Below are positions 1 through 14,300 of a DNA stretch of 64,000 bases, in pieces; within the stretch, counting starts at the first letter, position 1; each line of letters opens with the position of its first letter. Made by a program: the position numbers and the translations under genes. Below the pieces are notes generated by a model. That model did not search any database, was not told the DNA's origin, and worked only from the letters and a program-made list of their open reading frames with translations. Source of the stretch: Botryllus schlosseri (Eukaryota); assembly GCA_051294905.1 (NCBI GenBank), contig CM119371.1, positions 39,124,001 to 39,188,000 of the forward strand, written 5' to 3'.

Positions 1-292
1 ACAACGTTTGTCAAGTCCCAAAGCAAGGTTTAGTAGAGTCTACAGTATTCGACACCTGTTTAATCGATTCAGAATCAACTCGGGCTGTCGCATAAAATCA
101 ATCTATGTTTGCCAGAATTTATTCCACATCAAGATTCACGGTTGCCTCTCATCAGCAATAAACGTTATTAAGTAAAGGCGGTATCCGAAGACAATATATA
201 TAAATTTGTCTGTAAGTGCAGACTGAACTAGTCTCGTGAATGAAATATGACAGCGCTCATTGAAAAGTTTGCCTTTACATTTGGTTTTAAAG

Positions 293-767
293 CAGGAGCG
301 CGCAACTTCTCCAGTCGCGGACCGGATATGCGAAAATGATAAACGTGGCGGGCCGGATTCAGGAAACGATCGCTTTTTTATCTAGGCATAAAAGGAATAA
401 ATCGTATTCAATGTAAACTTCGAGTTGAAAGCAGAGACCCAAAACAGTATTTATTGAATTTATTAACGTAATGTAGCCTACTTTAATAGCCGTTGAAGTC
501 AATGAGACATATCGGTGGTCGAACAAAGTTGTCAACAAGTTCTCTGAACTCTGGCTGCATGTCGGACGTACAAACCCTTAATAAAGACTGCACGTGGTCA
601 AGAGTTAGATTGGAAGGCAGTTTTGTTTTGTTAATATTCAAGGTCGAAAATGTATGCCCGCAAATGTTTGTAGTAGACCCGGGCTACGGGTCACATTATC
701 ATAAAGACCGGAAACTGTCTGCGGGCCGATAACAATCCTCTCGCAGGCCGTATGTTTCCCACCCTTG
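293..767. mobile_element. Degraded non-autonomous hAT (Buster/Charlie-like) element
   Basis: CAGGAGCGCGCAAC...GTTTCCCACCCTTG termini, GCGGGCCG subterminal motifs, TSD ttttaaag/ttataaag. Confidence 0.65.
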
Positions 768-854
768 TTATAAAGCTTAGTTTGAAAGAGTTTTCAACCA
801 ATGAAAAAGCCTGTGGATATATTCGTTGAAAATTCAGCAGCTGAGGACTGATAT

Positions 855-1714
855 CAGGGTTGTAATGACTCGAGTCACCATTTTTTGATGACTCGACTTG
901 ACCCGAGTCATTTTCTAAAAATACGGTAATGACTTGACTCGACTCGAGTCAATCTGTATATTGACTAGACTTGGACTCGAGTCATTGCGCATGACTCGAA
1001 CGTCAGACGGCCAAGACCGACATTTCAATGTAATTTCTAAGAATACTAAAGTAACTTCACTATTGAGATTTCGTCTATTGGTACTGGTACTTGAAAATGC
1101 GACCAGAAGCTGCTAAATGTCAGGAAAATTAGTATATTAGAAAGAGCTTCTTGGAGGTACAGAACTTCAATATACAATTGAATAGTATATTCATATTGAA
1201 ATGAACCCGAATATTTTCGTCCGACACTCGTCAGGGGTAATCGTCAGCAACTAGTAGAGAAATGGAAAGAACATTGTATATCAACAATCGTATCACAAAA
1301 TATGACGTCACCAGCATGAAATTTCGTGAATGAGAGAGCGTTCAATGTACTATTTTTAGGTGGTACACGAACTCCTTTTGTTGACAGAGTTTTGGTTGGT
1401 GTATTTTGATAAAAGTCGACTCCAAGGCACACAAATGGAATTGTGAACGGCCTCGCTAAACCATTCGACATCACCAAACAGAGTTATAAAAAGTGGATTT
1501 AACAAGACTTTAACTGGAAACTGAGCAGTCACACAATGACTTGGACTCGGACTCGAGTTATCATACCATGACTCGGACTCGACCCTCCGCTCGCTGACTT
1601 GGACTCGGACTTGACTCGGTGGTCAATTGAAAATGACTCGACTTGACTCGAGTCAAAACTAAAAAAGTGAGATTGACTTGTGACTCGTAGCCTTGTGACT
1701 TGGTTGCATCCCTG
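855..1714 (+). mobile_element. hAT MITE, GACTC/GACTT family, with a nested family-B repeat (about 1141-1470)
   Basis: TIR CAGGGTTGTAA/TTGCATCCCTG; perfect TSD ACTGATAT at 847-854 and 1715-1722. Confidence 0.9.
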
Positions 1715-2233
1715 ACTGATATCAATTGACGTACGGGCGTTGGGTGGCGCATTTGCTAAAATTTTAGCAACACGCTTCGACAACATCCTGACAACATCAA
1801 CCTAAATCCGATACACCCAAAACACTGAACTAATTGTAGTTTATTTGCTGAAATTTCACGTACGTATGATTACAGCCATAATCATAATATTCCACTATTT
1901 TCGAAAGAAAAAATAATCGAGTGTCAATATACAACACGAATAAAGTTTCAAAATCATTTTTTCTTCAATTGATTTTCTTGATATATATGTAGGATGCATA
2001 ATGAACGATGGTATAATTTGAAGAAAAAATCATACTTAGACCTCATAAAAACGGTATACAATGTTAGTAGCGCGAAAAATTAACATTCATTGGTAATGGT
2101 TAAAAAATCCGACCTCATATAGACAATGCGATATTCGTTTGGGAGGAAAATTCAGATTCAGTGAGTCATTCGGGTTTATGATTTATTTGCCCCTTAAAGA
2201 TCGTAACCGGGGGTACAAATTCACATTTGGTTT

Positions 2234-2321
2234 TCAACTGAAAGACCGATTCTTCTCCTTTGCGCTATCAACTTGTCGCTCTGTTCTGCAAACGTAATGC
2301 TTTGTTGCATTCCTCATATTA
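2234..2321 (-). CDS. GPCR exon 8 (helix 8, C-tail, stop)
   Basis: NMRNATKHYVCRTERQVDSAKEKNRSFS*; ttttcacag acceptor; AATAAA about 50 nt downstream. Confidence 0.85.
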
Positions 2322-5300
2322 CTGTGAAAAGAGAGTACATGAGAGTCAAACAATATATGATTGTAACGAGTATTCATTGTAAATCAGGGAGACTATTGCT
2401 GTTCCCTTTCAGAGCCTAGTTAAGACATGCGATCCTCCACCTTAGAAAGTGCTATCGTATTGTTCGAGACGAAACGCCGTTAAACAAATTGCTTAATTGG
2501 TAATGTGATTAGTAATATTGGAGACAGAATAGGCATTTCAGAAGCAGGGGTTTGCGATTTCAAACCTTAACCTTCTTCCCTGTTTAAGCACCTAATTGCC
2601 TGCAGCCAATGGTGGCCATCCTGCGTGCCATCACGAATCATATGTATGACTCGAAGCAAAATTTACGACTCAATTTCAAGTCATTAATGATTAATCGATG
2701 TCTACTAAATCGCTGTATCTTGTATAACTTCGTATTGCTGAAGCTTCACTACTGTGCGTTTTACCGAGCCTCCATTGTTATATCACAAATAAATTGATCG
2801 CAAACGCAGTAATATGGGAGCTTGCAAATTAGGTTGTCGTAAACTTGCTCACATTAACCAACTTTCTTGTACGATTTAAATCAAACGAATATCGTTAATT
2901 CGTTTATAATTGTATATCATGGATATGTATAGGTGGGTAGGGTATTGCACCATATCATTTATTGAACTTTCTTGAGGTTTCGTATGTTATCCTGTATTTT
3001 GGCTGATAATTGTAGACTGGGGGTATACCGCTTTACGTGCGTAGTTTAGCAGTTCTACGTATGCGTGAGCGATACAGCGCCTTTTTGCGCGTATAATGAA
3101 GTTTTTATTCGTTCTTCGATTACGAATAAATGGGGACTCCATCTGTATTTAAAACAGTTAGCAAAATGCAATGACTTTGAATCATGTCTCATACTTTGAA
3201 AATTCAACTTGCCGTGATTAGTCATTAGTGACTTGTGACTCGAAGGTAGTGGTTTGATCCCAACACTGTGGAACCTCGGTCATCGAACATCGCTTCAGAC
3301 TGAGCACTTGGAATACGTAGGAGTACTTTGTTGGGGACCACCCCTGATTGTGACGGATATTTAGGTTCTTACCTCGATCCCAAATTGTAAAATATAGGGT
3401 TCAGACATTCCGACAGTCGCAGAAGGCAATAGGCGGTGACAAAAAACTTCCATTCAAAACTGGCCTGCATGCTCTCTCCGCTGTTTCGTAGAGTAGCCGC
3501 TATGACTTTGTACGCTGCGTGAAATACGGTACGTGTTATCAATGCGTCGGAACAACATTATCATCACTGCTCTTACTCAAGTCTGGAATGTAGCCGAGCA
3601 TGAACGAGGCGATTATGAGAACGAGTTGCATTAGGGCGTGCTTCTCTTTGCGTGAGCTCTTCCTGGCCGCGCCTTTTCTGACATCTACATAATTGGGCAA
3701 GTTCAGTATATTATTAACAATTCTATCAAATCAATACACCACAAGAATGTGATACAATGAAAAGATAGGAAGACGTTGAAACGATTTGGAGTAGTCTTTG
3801 AAATCAGACACCCATCTGACCTAGGAGATAAAGAGGAGACATGCACAGTGAATGAAAAGTAATGGAAGATAACATGAAGGCATAAAATCTTATGTCTCTA
3901 CCAAATGTTCACCCGAGGTGGTCAAAGTAGTCAAGAAATCTACTCAAGTAGAAGTAGAAGTAGCGACGACAAAATCTACTCAAGTACGAGTAGAAGAACT
4001 TCTTCTTATAACAACCTAAAACTACGTGAAGTAGAAGTAGAATTGACTGACTTTAAAAGTACTCAAGTAAGTAAGTAAGTAGTTAGTTGTAAAAACGATC
4101 CTAATACGTTCACATGGATTGTAAAAAGGTTCAAATTGAGTTATGGGATAGGTGACGAGCTTGATTCATATTGATGCATACCAGCAGGTATCCAATTTTC
4201 AATAGCATAAGCATTCGTCCACATCATGGGATGAAAATGATAGTAGGCTATTGATGGGGAAATGCGATGCTAATCCTCTGTTTTCTCGAACAGCACGTTT
4301 TATAAAATAGCATGGTATGGCACCATTCCCCATGTTATAAGGCCCGTAGTTTAGTCGAAGAGCGATAAGGAGAAGTTGTATAAGATACGGTGTAAACACT
4401 TTGCGCGATTAGTAAACGGTAATAAAAATTATGGTGGACCATAAAAATGCCATATTGTGTAGCTTTATTTCCAGAAATTAAAAGCATTAATACACTTGCC
4501 TTTATACTTCAACATGTATGTTATCCAGACCAAAGAACTGATAATAATTATAACTCAAAGTACTGGGAATTGAAAGTGAAATATAAATACTACTTCTAAA
4601 AGCCGAACATGTATTTCATGTTTTTAGTCCAGAAAGTTTCAAAGGTGGTATGCTAAAACAGCTCTAAAACTAACAAAAAAAGTCACAGTCCACTTTTCCA
4701 GATTTGGACACGCCATGGACATGCTAGATTATAATATGATAAGTAAATGCTAGATTGCGAAACATCAGTTTCAAACGTTATGATGAGCCATATATACTGT
4801 GATGAATTATTTGATATGGGCGAAAGGCGACAATGTGGTGTGAACAGAGCCACGCCTACCCTCTACCTAAATTACATTGACCGATACTTTCGAAAAATCA
4901 TACTGGTCACTCCGTATCCACTGCGCGCGAAGCGCGACGAAAATTCTGGGCTTTACGAATATTTTATGAAAATTAAATGTTGATACTCCGTGAAAACAGC
5001 CCCGAAATTCCTCAGGCTATCTTCCTGATTAGAAGATTGAACTACTTCTACTTGACAAACTGAAAATAGCGAAAAGTAAGTAAGTAGATCACAAAATATT
5101 ACGAAGTAGAAGTGGAAGTAGCGAAAATCAGATCTACTTGAGTAAGTACTAGAAGTAGAGGATAACTTCTTGAGTACTTCGAAAAAGTAGAAGTACTTAG
5201 TTACTGACCACCTCTGATGTTCACTAGGTATGAACAGCAGTGAACCGGGCCCAGTGGGCCGTGTTTCTTAGAATTGCCAAAGATGGATTTAGTCGATGGG

Positions 5301-8300
5301 TCACATGCTTTTAGCAGAGGATCTGAGGTGACCATACCTGCCTATTTGCAGCTGCACGTTAACCCTAGGGTTACCATAAGCCGTCTTTTACCAGGATTTG
5401 TCCTCTTTTTTCCCCAAAAATTGAAGTGTCCTTTGAGGACCCCTAAAAGTCCTCCTTTTTGGTGAATTATTCTTCTTTTTGCAGAAAAAGTATTAAAATG
5501 CGATGAAAAAGTTGACTTCTACGCAGAATTGGTTAGCAGAATTGTATAAAAGTGGGAAATGCGGGAGGCGATCAAAATGATAACTTTTTTTTCAGTCAAC
5601 TACCGGTACTCAAAAGTATCGTTAAAAGCGTTTTTTTCGGGAGGCGAGAAAACGTGATGACCTTTTTTAGTCAACGCAGAAGTTTTGAAAGAAAGCTTTT
5701 CAAATTCACGAGTTTTCTCAGCTGGTACTAGAGCTTTCAGAATTTTTGAAAAGTTGTCTTTTCATCGGATCTAAAAATCTGGTAACCCTATTATAAGGTT
5801 TCGTTTCGTGTGAAATTCATAATACAATGGTTTTGTTCCTTTAACCCTCTGTTGATGCACAGTTCGTTTTGTCCACCAGTAGTCTATTTAGTAATGTGCT
5901 GATGTGTGATAGTTACATGCGCTAGAATCTTGCTGTTTTTGCTCGGAGTATCACCGAAGGCTGAGAGATTGGCGTAAGAGTTTCCAAGTTTAGAAAAGGT
6001 CAGGATCCATTGAACTACATAGAAGTAGTTACGCGAAGAGCGATGGAAATCCCAACATTACCCTTGTCTCGTCGTACGATTCTCTTCGCTAGAAGCAAGC
6101 ATACGACTGTAGCCACAATCACGACAGCTCCCATTGGTATGTAAGTGACTATCGGGAAGCCTATCTTCACAAATTCAGATAGCATCCCAATCCTGCAAAG
6201 ATTGGTTGACACGTTAACCAACTGATCCTTGGCCGTGCCGTGCGTCATATGGAGGCTCATTCACACTCTTTGCGTGAATGTGAATGTGCATGTGCATCAG
6301 ACATGGGGTAATCGCGATTAGTAATCGTAATCGATTACGACGATTACAGCATTTTCAAGTAATCGTAATCGCAATCGATTACATTCGAAAAAATCCCGAA
6401 GTAATCGTAATCGTAATCGACTACTTCCCATATTTAATCGATTTTTTTGTGAAAGAACGATTACTTTTTATTTGTACAAGGACTGTGACATAAATTGAAC
6501 TCTCGTGAACAAGGAATACATATTATACTAGTTATTGAGAGCACAAGCGTCGGATTTTCTAATGCCACTGCTCATTATTACGTCAGAGGTAGCCTATTAG
6601 CTTTGTTCGTCTTTGCGTGAGAAGTGTCCAGTCCACACATTGTAAATAGATATTCGGTGTACATTAGTGTGATTGTAAGAAACCCCATCGTGCTGTAAAT
6701 CGGGTTATCGATACATTTCAGACACCACTACCTCGCAACAGGATACTTAATCACCTCCCTGCCTAAGCAACTTGTGTATTGAAGTTTGGTTCTGCTTAGT
6801 TAAACTATAGAATGTAATAGTTCTGATTCTATAGTTAAATGCAGTTTCAGTTTTGCTGCTTGGCGAGCAGTAGGCCCATATGGTACGAACCTACACCAGA
6901 CAAAGGCTTGAAATTTTGTACTAGTCAAATAAAACATTACGGTTTCCACAACGGCGCATTAAAATCAACAGCTGCTGATATATATCATAACTGAGCCGTT
7001 GGTTTGCCGTTTTCGTAACGGCAGCCTGCATTACATTATCTGCATTAAGTTGAAGGCATAATTTTATGTTCACTTTCTCTTATTCTCATATTATTCTTTC
7101 CTTGTCTCATATTATTCTACTCAACACGGGCGCCAATTTTTTACTGAACATTTCGACCTGCCGCCATAGCCATCGGCTTATATACCATGTTAGCGTGGGT
7201 TAGAATCAGGATCAAAACCGCAAAAGTTTCCCCCCCAAATATTGGTCTTGTGCCCCCATAGAGTAGTCAATTTTGAAGTTGAATATTTAATTTATTCAAT
7301 AATATTGGTAATTGCATTATATTGCATTTTTATGCCTATCTCAGCGCCCGATGGCCAGATTAACCTGAAGAGCAGGGGGCTCCTAATTCATAATTATAAC
7401 ATCTGGTATCCTGCAATAATTACTTTATTGTATGCTTTTAATTCGTGACCTCCGGTCTGTTATGTAGCCAAAAGATATTGATTGTAGTGGCCCAAACATA
7501 TCAGACTAAAAGAAAAACTTGCGTGAGACGCACTCACGAATTGTCATGTGTAATGCCCTGTGGGTGCCCGGGTGGCATTTGCGTCGTGGGCTCAGATTGA
7601 AAGGAATGGACTGTTAGTCACGCCCACCCAGCGCGGCTATTGACAATAGACACATACCCTAAGTTTCCGCCAATGTCGTTCTTTAGTAGCACACTTCGTG
7701 GAGTCTCATGTTGGCTGAAACTGCATATGTCTTTTGATGTGTCGAGGAGCGGTATTGAATGGCACCTAAATGCCTATTACTATGAATGATACATGCTTTA
7801 TTTCTTGAGGGGGAGACGTATGCATTTCGAAATCAATCTATCCATACTTCTGGAGACATTTAAATCGCAAAGCTCAAAGAGAATTTCCAAGTTAATGAAA
7901 TCTCTCGAAAATACTCTATAATTTATGTTGGTTTACGAAATACTTTTGAGTAGCCTACCCTCCAACCACGCTCCCCACCCTATTGGGGAATTTGGGGTGC
8001 GGCGGTTATGGACCTGGAAAGAATGCAAAACGTTGTGTGCGATAAACCGTCCTCTATAAAATGTGCAATGGGTGCATTATGACGTAACAAGGAAATGTCC
8101 CATCTCATGTAAAGACAGATGTTATATCATTAGGCCTATTCAGCGCTATCCATGTATTGTCTTCCAATATAACTACTACGATGCAAAATAAATGTAATCG
8201 TGAGTAATCGTGATTACTTTCCCAATGTAATCGTAATCGTAATCGACTACTTCCTGATTTTGCTGTAATCGTAATCGTAATCGTAATCGCGTGATTCAGA

Positions 8301-11300
8301 AGTAATCGTAATCGCAATCGATTACATTCATGAAGTAATCACCCCATGTCTGATGTGCATTACCCATCACAAGGTCAAAAAACCGCCATGATCACATAGC
8401 AAATTGAGGAATCCAATATAGACAACACGGTAAATTAGTACATGGAGTTACACACGACAGCAACATGCGTATGTAGACGTAGTGGTCACATAGTGACGTA
8501 ATCATAACAGTCTACCAGTCTTGCGTCACAATGCCAATAACGACGGAACGGAGTAATTTCCAATAATGCAATGCTCAATTCCGAATGACAGAAACGATAG
8601 GCATTGGACTCGAGCATGCAATGCTAAATCTAATTGCCTAATTAGGCTAATTATACCGAACTCTAATCTATTCTAATCTAATTCCAATTTAATTTGTGAA
8701 TAGTTTTTAGGCTCTCATTTTAATTCAAATTTAATTGCAGATTTGCATGAAATGGAACATGAGAGCTGTAAAGTGCAAAACGACATTTGCTACTCTCATG
8801 AATATGAAAATAAAATCTGATTTGATATGAACTGAAGTGAACTGAACTTGTATCCAAGTGTTCGCTAATTCAGTAATTCTAATTCCAATCTAGTTTGAAG
8901 AAACTGCGTAGCTACAATTCTAATTCGTGTATAATTTGGGGAGACAACTATTGAAGTAATTCCCTTATAATTTGGAAAAGCTGAAAGTTTTCCAGCGATG
9001 TACTGTACACGCCTGTTATTTATGTGATCCAAGTCCCAAGTGCGTGTTCGGTTAAAAGACTGCTCCAAATCGTTCCGACTCCTACCCATCTGTTCGTTGT
9101 ATCGCAATCTCGTGGTGTATTTAAATGCTGAAATTGTCGTCTAAACTGTACTGAACTGATGTGTGTATACCTACCAATCACTGGAGGCCGTGCAAGCTTT
9201 CTGGATGTCGCCGTTAAACGTGCGTTTTCCTGGCGGAAATACTTGAGGCCAAAGGTAATAGATTACGAAGCCGACCGCGAATGTCTCGATCCAAATTACG
9301 ACGACTGCTATCTGAAACGTACGTTGAGAATCATATGTAAACGGGAAGTGTATGGCAACTTGAATCTATTCAGGATAATGGCCTGTACTTCGTTGTTGGG
9401 CTTTTGGCTACACCTATGCAGAAGTTCTCAAAGTAGTCAAAATAGTGCGAATTTCCAAACTATGTCAAAACTATTCCGAGTATTTAAAGGTTGATCTGAG
9501 GATGCTACTTTTGAAATTGTATCTTCGTGATTAACGCGAAATGACCAATGACACTTCAAATATACGCTGTTTGGACCGGCTGATATAACGATGTCACTAT
9601 AGTCAAAATGTTGCAAACATGCCCGAAACTATACTTTCTACTACACATGGTGTAAAAGGTATGTGGTTTTGTCTAATAAAAACTGTTAATTGCAATTGAA
9701 TGTAGTCTAAAAAATAAACACCATTGATTTATTATGGCATGTACGAAAGCTGAGTACTCCGAAACTAGTGAGTACTTAGCTCATGATCACCATCATAGCG
9801 AGTAGCTACTTCAGTCGATGTGTTTCGGTAATATTAAACATAATTCATTTACAAGACGAGCAATGGATACAATATTATTATGCGGGATAGAGGGATTTTG
9901 ACATACAAGAACTCATTTAATACGTCGTTGAGTATCAATCTAATTGCCTGATTATGCGTCAACCACAAATGCCAAACGTTTCAAATACGAAATATCAAAT
10001 TTGTGATGCTTCGTCAATCCAAGCTTTCGATACTGTTTTTTTGTTTACTGGATTCCATTTTCCGTTTACAATTTCAATATGGTTATAGTTACATCACCAG
10101 CGAAATCACATATTACGCAATATTGGCATAACCTTAACTGCCGCTATAATGGCCATGATTGCCATGATAATATCATTAAAACGACGACTCAATATAATCA
10201 GTCAGGACATAAAAACTCAAGTTGGGCATTTGTTATCGGTTTGAACGCATTTGATAACAACTGATTCCAGCAGGCTCAAACATTGGGCTACGTTCGTTGA
10301 GCAAATCCTAAAGATATCGTATATCATAATATCGGATATCAGCGCTTTAGATATGTCCTTTTTGAAAAGTTTGTTAGCAGTTGCAACTCACCTTCGCGTG
10401 ACGGGATGTGATCATTCTGAACTTGTGAGGAAATCGTACTGATATCAACCGCAAAAGGGTAAATAGCAAAACATGCTGAATGGTGGCACACGATGTCCAA
10501 AAGTCTACGGCTATGCCAAGCTGCAATGCATATCAGAATCAAGGTCTTCTCCAAATTTGCAATATACAATTGAATAGTATATTCACATTGAAATGAACCC
10601 GAATATATTCGGGTTGTCTTGTCAGTAGATGATAAGAATTGGAAAGGACATTGTAAATCAACCGGCGTATCTCAACAATATGACATCGCCGGCATGGAAT
10701 TTTGAATAATTGAAGAGAGCGCTACAGATAGCCCAATGTAATATTCTAGATCAGGGGCGGGCAACATACGGCCCGCGGGCCGGATCCGGCCAGCGAAGGG
10801 ATTTTGTCCGGCCCGCGGACATTTTTCCGTCTTACATGATAATGTGGCCCGCGGCCCCAGTCTTCCGAGATTCCCCACTAATTGCTTACATACATCAAAT
10901 TTTAGTGACTGTATGTTTTTATACACAATTACACGTGTATGCGCACTGCGCAGCGAGCGAGGGTGAAGCGAGAAGACTTGCATTATCGGCGTTTACGATG
11001 TGCTCAACTCTAATGTCATTTGTGGTAAACATGGTTTTTGAACAACCGTAGTGCAGGCTACTTCCACACACAATTAAGATAATCTAATGTTGATGTGTTT
11101 TGATCGAGTAATGAATGATTACAATGGTAATTCACACCACGCCGATATTTCTTATTTTTGATTCCGTAACCGTCGACTTGTAGCACGGCACACTTCCAGC
11201 CTTTTGTAGGACACCGCTTATGCCAGGGGTCGCCATCTCAAAACAGGTCTCGGGTCACTTTCAAAATCCGAGGCCGCGTGCCGCATGAATTCAATATCGA

Positions 11301-14300
11301 GATAAAATAGGCCACACAGTCGAACAACCACGCTATCTCGTCACCTACTAAACCCTAATAAATTCATAACTTGGTAAATTTGGGGTACCGGGCTTATCGA
11401 ACGCCTTGAAATCTTCATTAAGGATTGCACAGTGTGTTGATTGATCAGAGAGAAGCAGACATGGTGGTGCCTGTATGACAATGCTGTTCTCAAATCCACA
11501 TTGTCTTCGTCATAATTGACGAGAAATGGCTTTGAAGTTACATTGCTGTCGTTAAAATACATTCGTTAAATACGATTTATTCCTTGTATATGTGGATAAA
11601 TGGGCGAATAATGTATCAATTCAGCAATCCGGCCCGCCAAGTACTTAATTTTCCTGTATCCGGCCCGCCGACTGGAGAAGTTGCCCGCCCCTGTTCTAGA
11701 TGGTACACGAAATCCTTTTGTTGGCACAGACTTGGTTTGCCTATTTTCATAAAAGTCGATTTCGAAGCACCCAAATGAAAGTGTGAATAACGGCCTCTCC
11801 CGACGACGCCAAATATGTTGTCACGATAATTTTCGCACAAATAGGATTGAAGAGCTTCTTGGAGGTACGGAACTTCAATATAAAATTGAATATACTATTC
11901 AACAAATAGGATTATGCAGCGAATGTCTACCACTGGCAGAATTTATGACATTTGTCTGCTCTGTATTAAGCTTCAGGGGATGAGTCAAAGGTGTGTTTTT
12001 CTCAGATCGTGATGCGCGTGTTTTTATAAAGCTACAGACTCACAAATATACTATTCAATTGTATATTTACTAGGGATGGTGTGAACCTCTGAAAGGTTCA
12101 GGTTCGTGTGAACACGAACCTTTCTGAAAGGTTCTGTGTGAACACGAACGTGAACCTCATGACGTCACGTGACGTCATATTGCTAATCCCAACCCTATCT
12201 TTCAATGAAGTGATAGCTTATATTATTGTACACGATATCTAGCGAAGACTCGGGCCACATAATGTCACAATGCTGAAGTGCATATTGGCGTCGCTTAATA
12301 TATTAACTGAGGCGATCAAATGATATAATACTTCCATAAAATCAATATTATCCGTCGCTTTGCCAACAATTTCGATGAGGACTTGCCATGGAACATATGC
12401 TTACGCCTTAACAGTCTTGGCCAGACCGGACAATGTATTCAGCGTCTGAGTATTGCTACATTGATTTTGAGCAGAGTGTAAAACGGGGTTTCTATACTTG
12501 CTACCGATATTCTGCCATTAATAAGTTATACAGCAGTAGCCAACACCCCAATCGCACGGTGTTTTTTATGATACAATAAACATATGAAGTCAAGATTGAC
12601 TGGTTGAATAAGCATCATTCGCTGACTACATGTAGTGTATTTCGCTCGTGACGTTGTGTGATTGCGAGTCGAGCTCTTAGCAGAGAGTCGCTAAATATTC
12701 ACAAACGGAAATCTGGATATTTGGAGCAAACTTTTGTAGCAAAGCAAGTAAAATTTTTGAGATTGTCAAGTTGCATATTTGTTTTGTGTTGATTTTTTCT
12801 GCTGCCAGCGGCATGCACAGAGTGGCCCGCAGTTGAAATGCAATAAATTTGTACTAAAGATGTCATAATGAAGTGAAAATTGTAATATATGAAAAAGGTT
12901 CACAGTGCAGAACCTATCAAGGTTCTGTTGTGAACGCGAACCTCTGAATTTACGAGGTTCACACACAGAACGCGAACCTGAACCTCACGTTCACACCATC
13001 CCCAATATTTACGTTCCGTACCTCTTCACATTTGCAATATACTAATGAACGCTGACATTCTTTTCAATAGAGGTCGCGGTAGGTCCTTGTATAATTTTCA
13101 CAGTGATGAAAACCAAGCAGCTAGTTCCATTTCTGTGAATCAGACTGTGACAACCCAGGATAACAGATAACCCAGTTGTAAAATTAGTGCGATCAGAGCG
13201 AAGTGCCCGTAATCATGTCATATGCTTTAATTGCATTTCTAATCTATTGTCGAGTTTGCCAGAACATGCTACAGGATACCTGAATATTGCGAAACGAGTC
13301 AACCTATGCGTACGGACATTTGCCATTCACGTGCTTACGAGACAGGACTCTGATATGGTATGAACTTATCTTGATTTTCGTTGTGTGTCTGTCTAATTCG
13401 GGAATTCTAAGTCCACTTTAATTTGGAAAGACTGAACACATTCTCTTAGTGAAGCGCTGCTGGGAATTTGTTCGCCCGATTAAGATATTAGACAATATTA
13501 CAAGGAACTTTACAGTGACGTATATAAATAAGTAAATAGCAGATTTGATCAGCTAATCGGCAACGTTTAATATCCGCTGATTCTCAATTTATCAGAAGGT
13601 CGTTTCTCGTTACGATTTCATCAGATGTGTATAGGCTACTTGTAGACATTTTATGCGATCTTGTGTCTTCAGGTCTGGATACAATTAGGGTGTATACAAA
13701 ATATACATATATGCATCAGCAAATTTCGGTACAATATTACACCTTTTCGCCCGTTACAGTGGATGCCAACCAGACAAATTTCACCATTTTAACTGGAGAT
13801 AAATCCCATGGGTGTATTAGAGGGTAAGGTTTTCCTGTAACACTTCAAAAAAAAAAATGGTGTACATACAAAGGATATACCTCCATAAGGATTAGTAGAA
13901 TTGACTAATTTTGATTAAGATGTTGTATTCGATTAATAAGGCCGAGGTAGGTTCTGGTCTTGTGTGCATTTGGTATATTCACGCCCGTATATCAGGGGTG
14001 GTACACTGGTTGGAGCATACTCTATTTTCGCTAAGAGTGCATGAGCATATTCCCTACCGTCGAATTTGCAGTGTGCAGTAGGCACTAACAACAACCAGCA
14101 TATTTCAAAAACCTTGCATAGGAAATGCGGTAGAATCCATTGGTAAAAACCCCACGTGACTCGGTAGAGGATCAGCGGGCTGACGAGAGACGATAGGAAG
14201 TCCGAGACGCAGAGGCTCATAAGGAAAATGTAAAACGCGGACCTGAATGACGACAAAACATTTAGCTCTCGCTGTTAGAAATAGTCATTTGTTTCCATGA

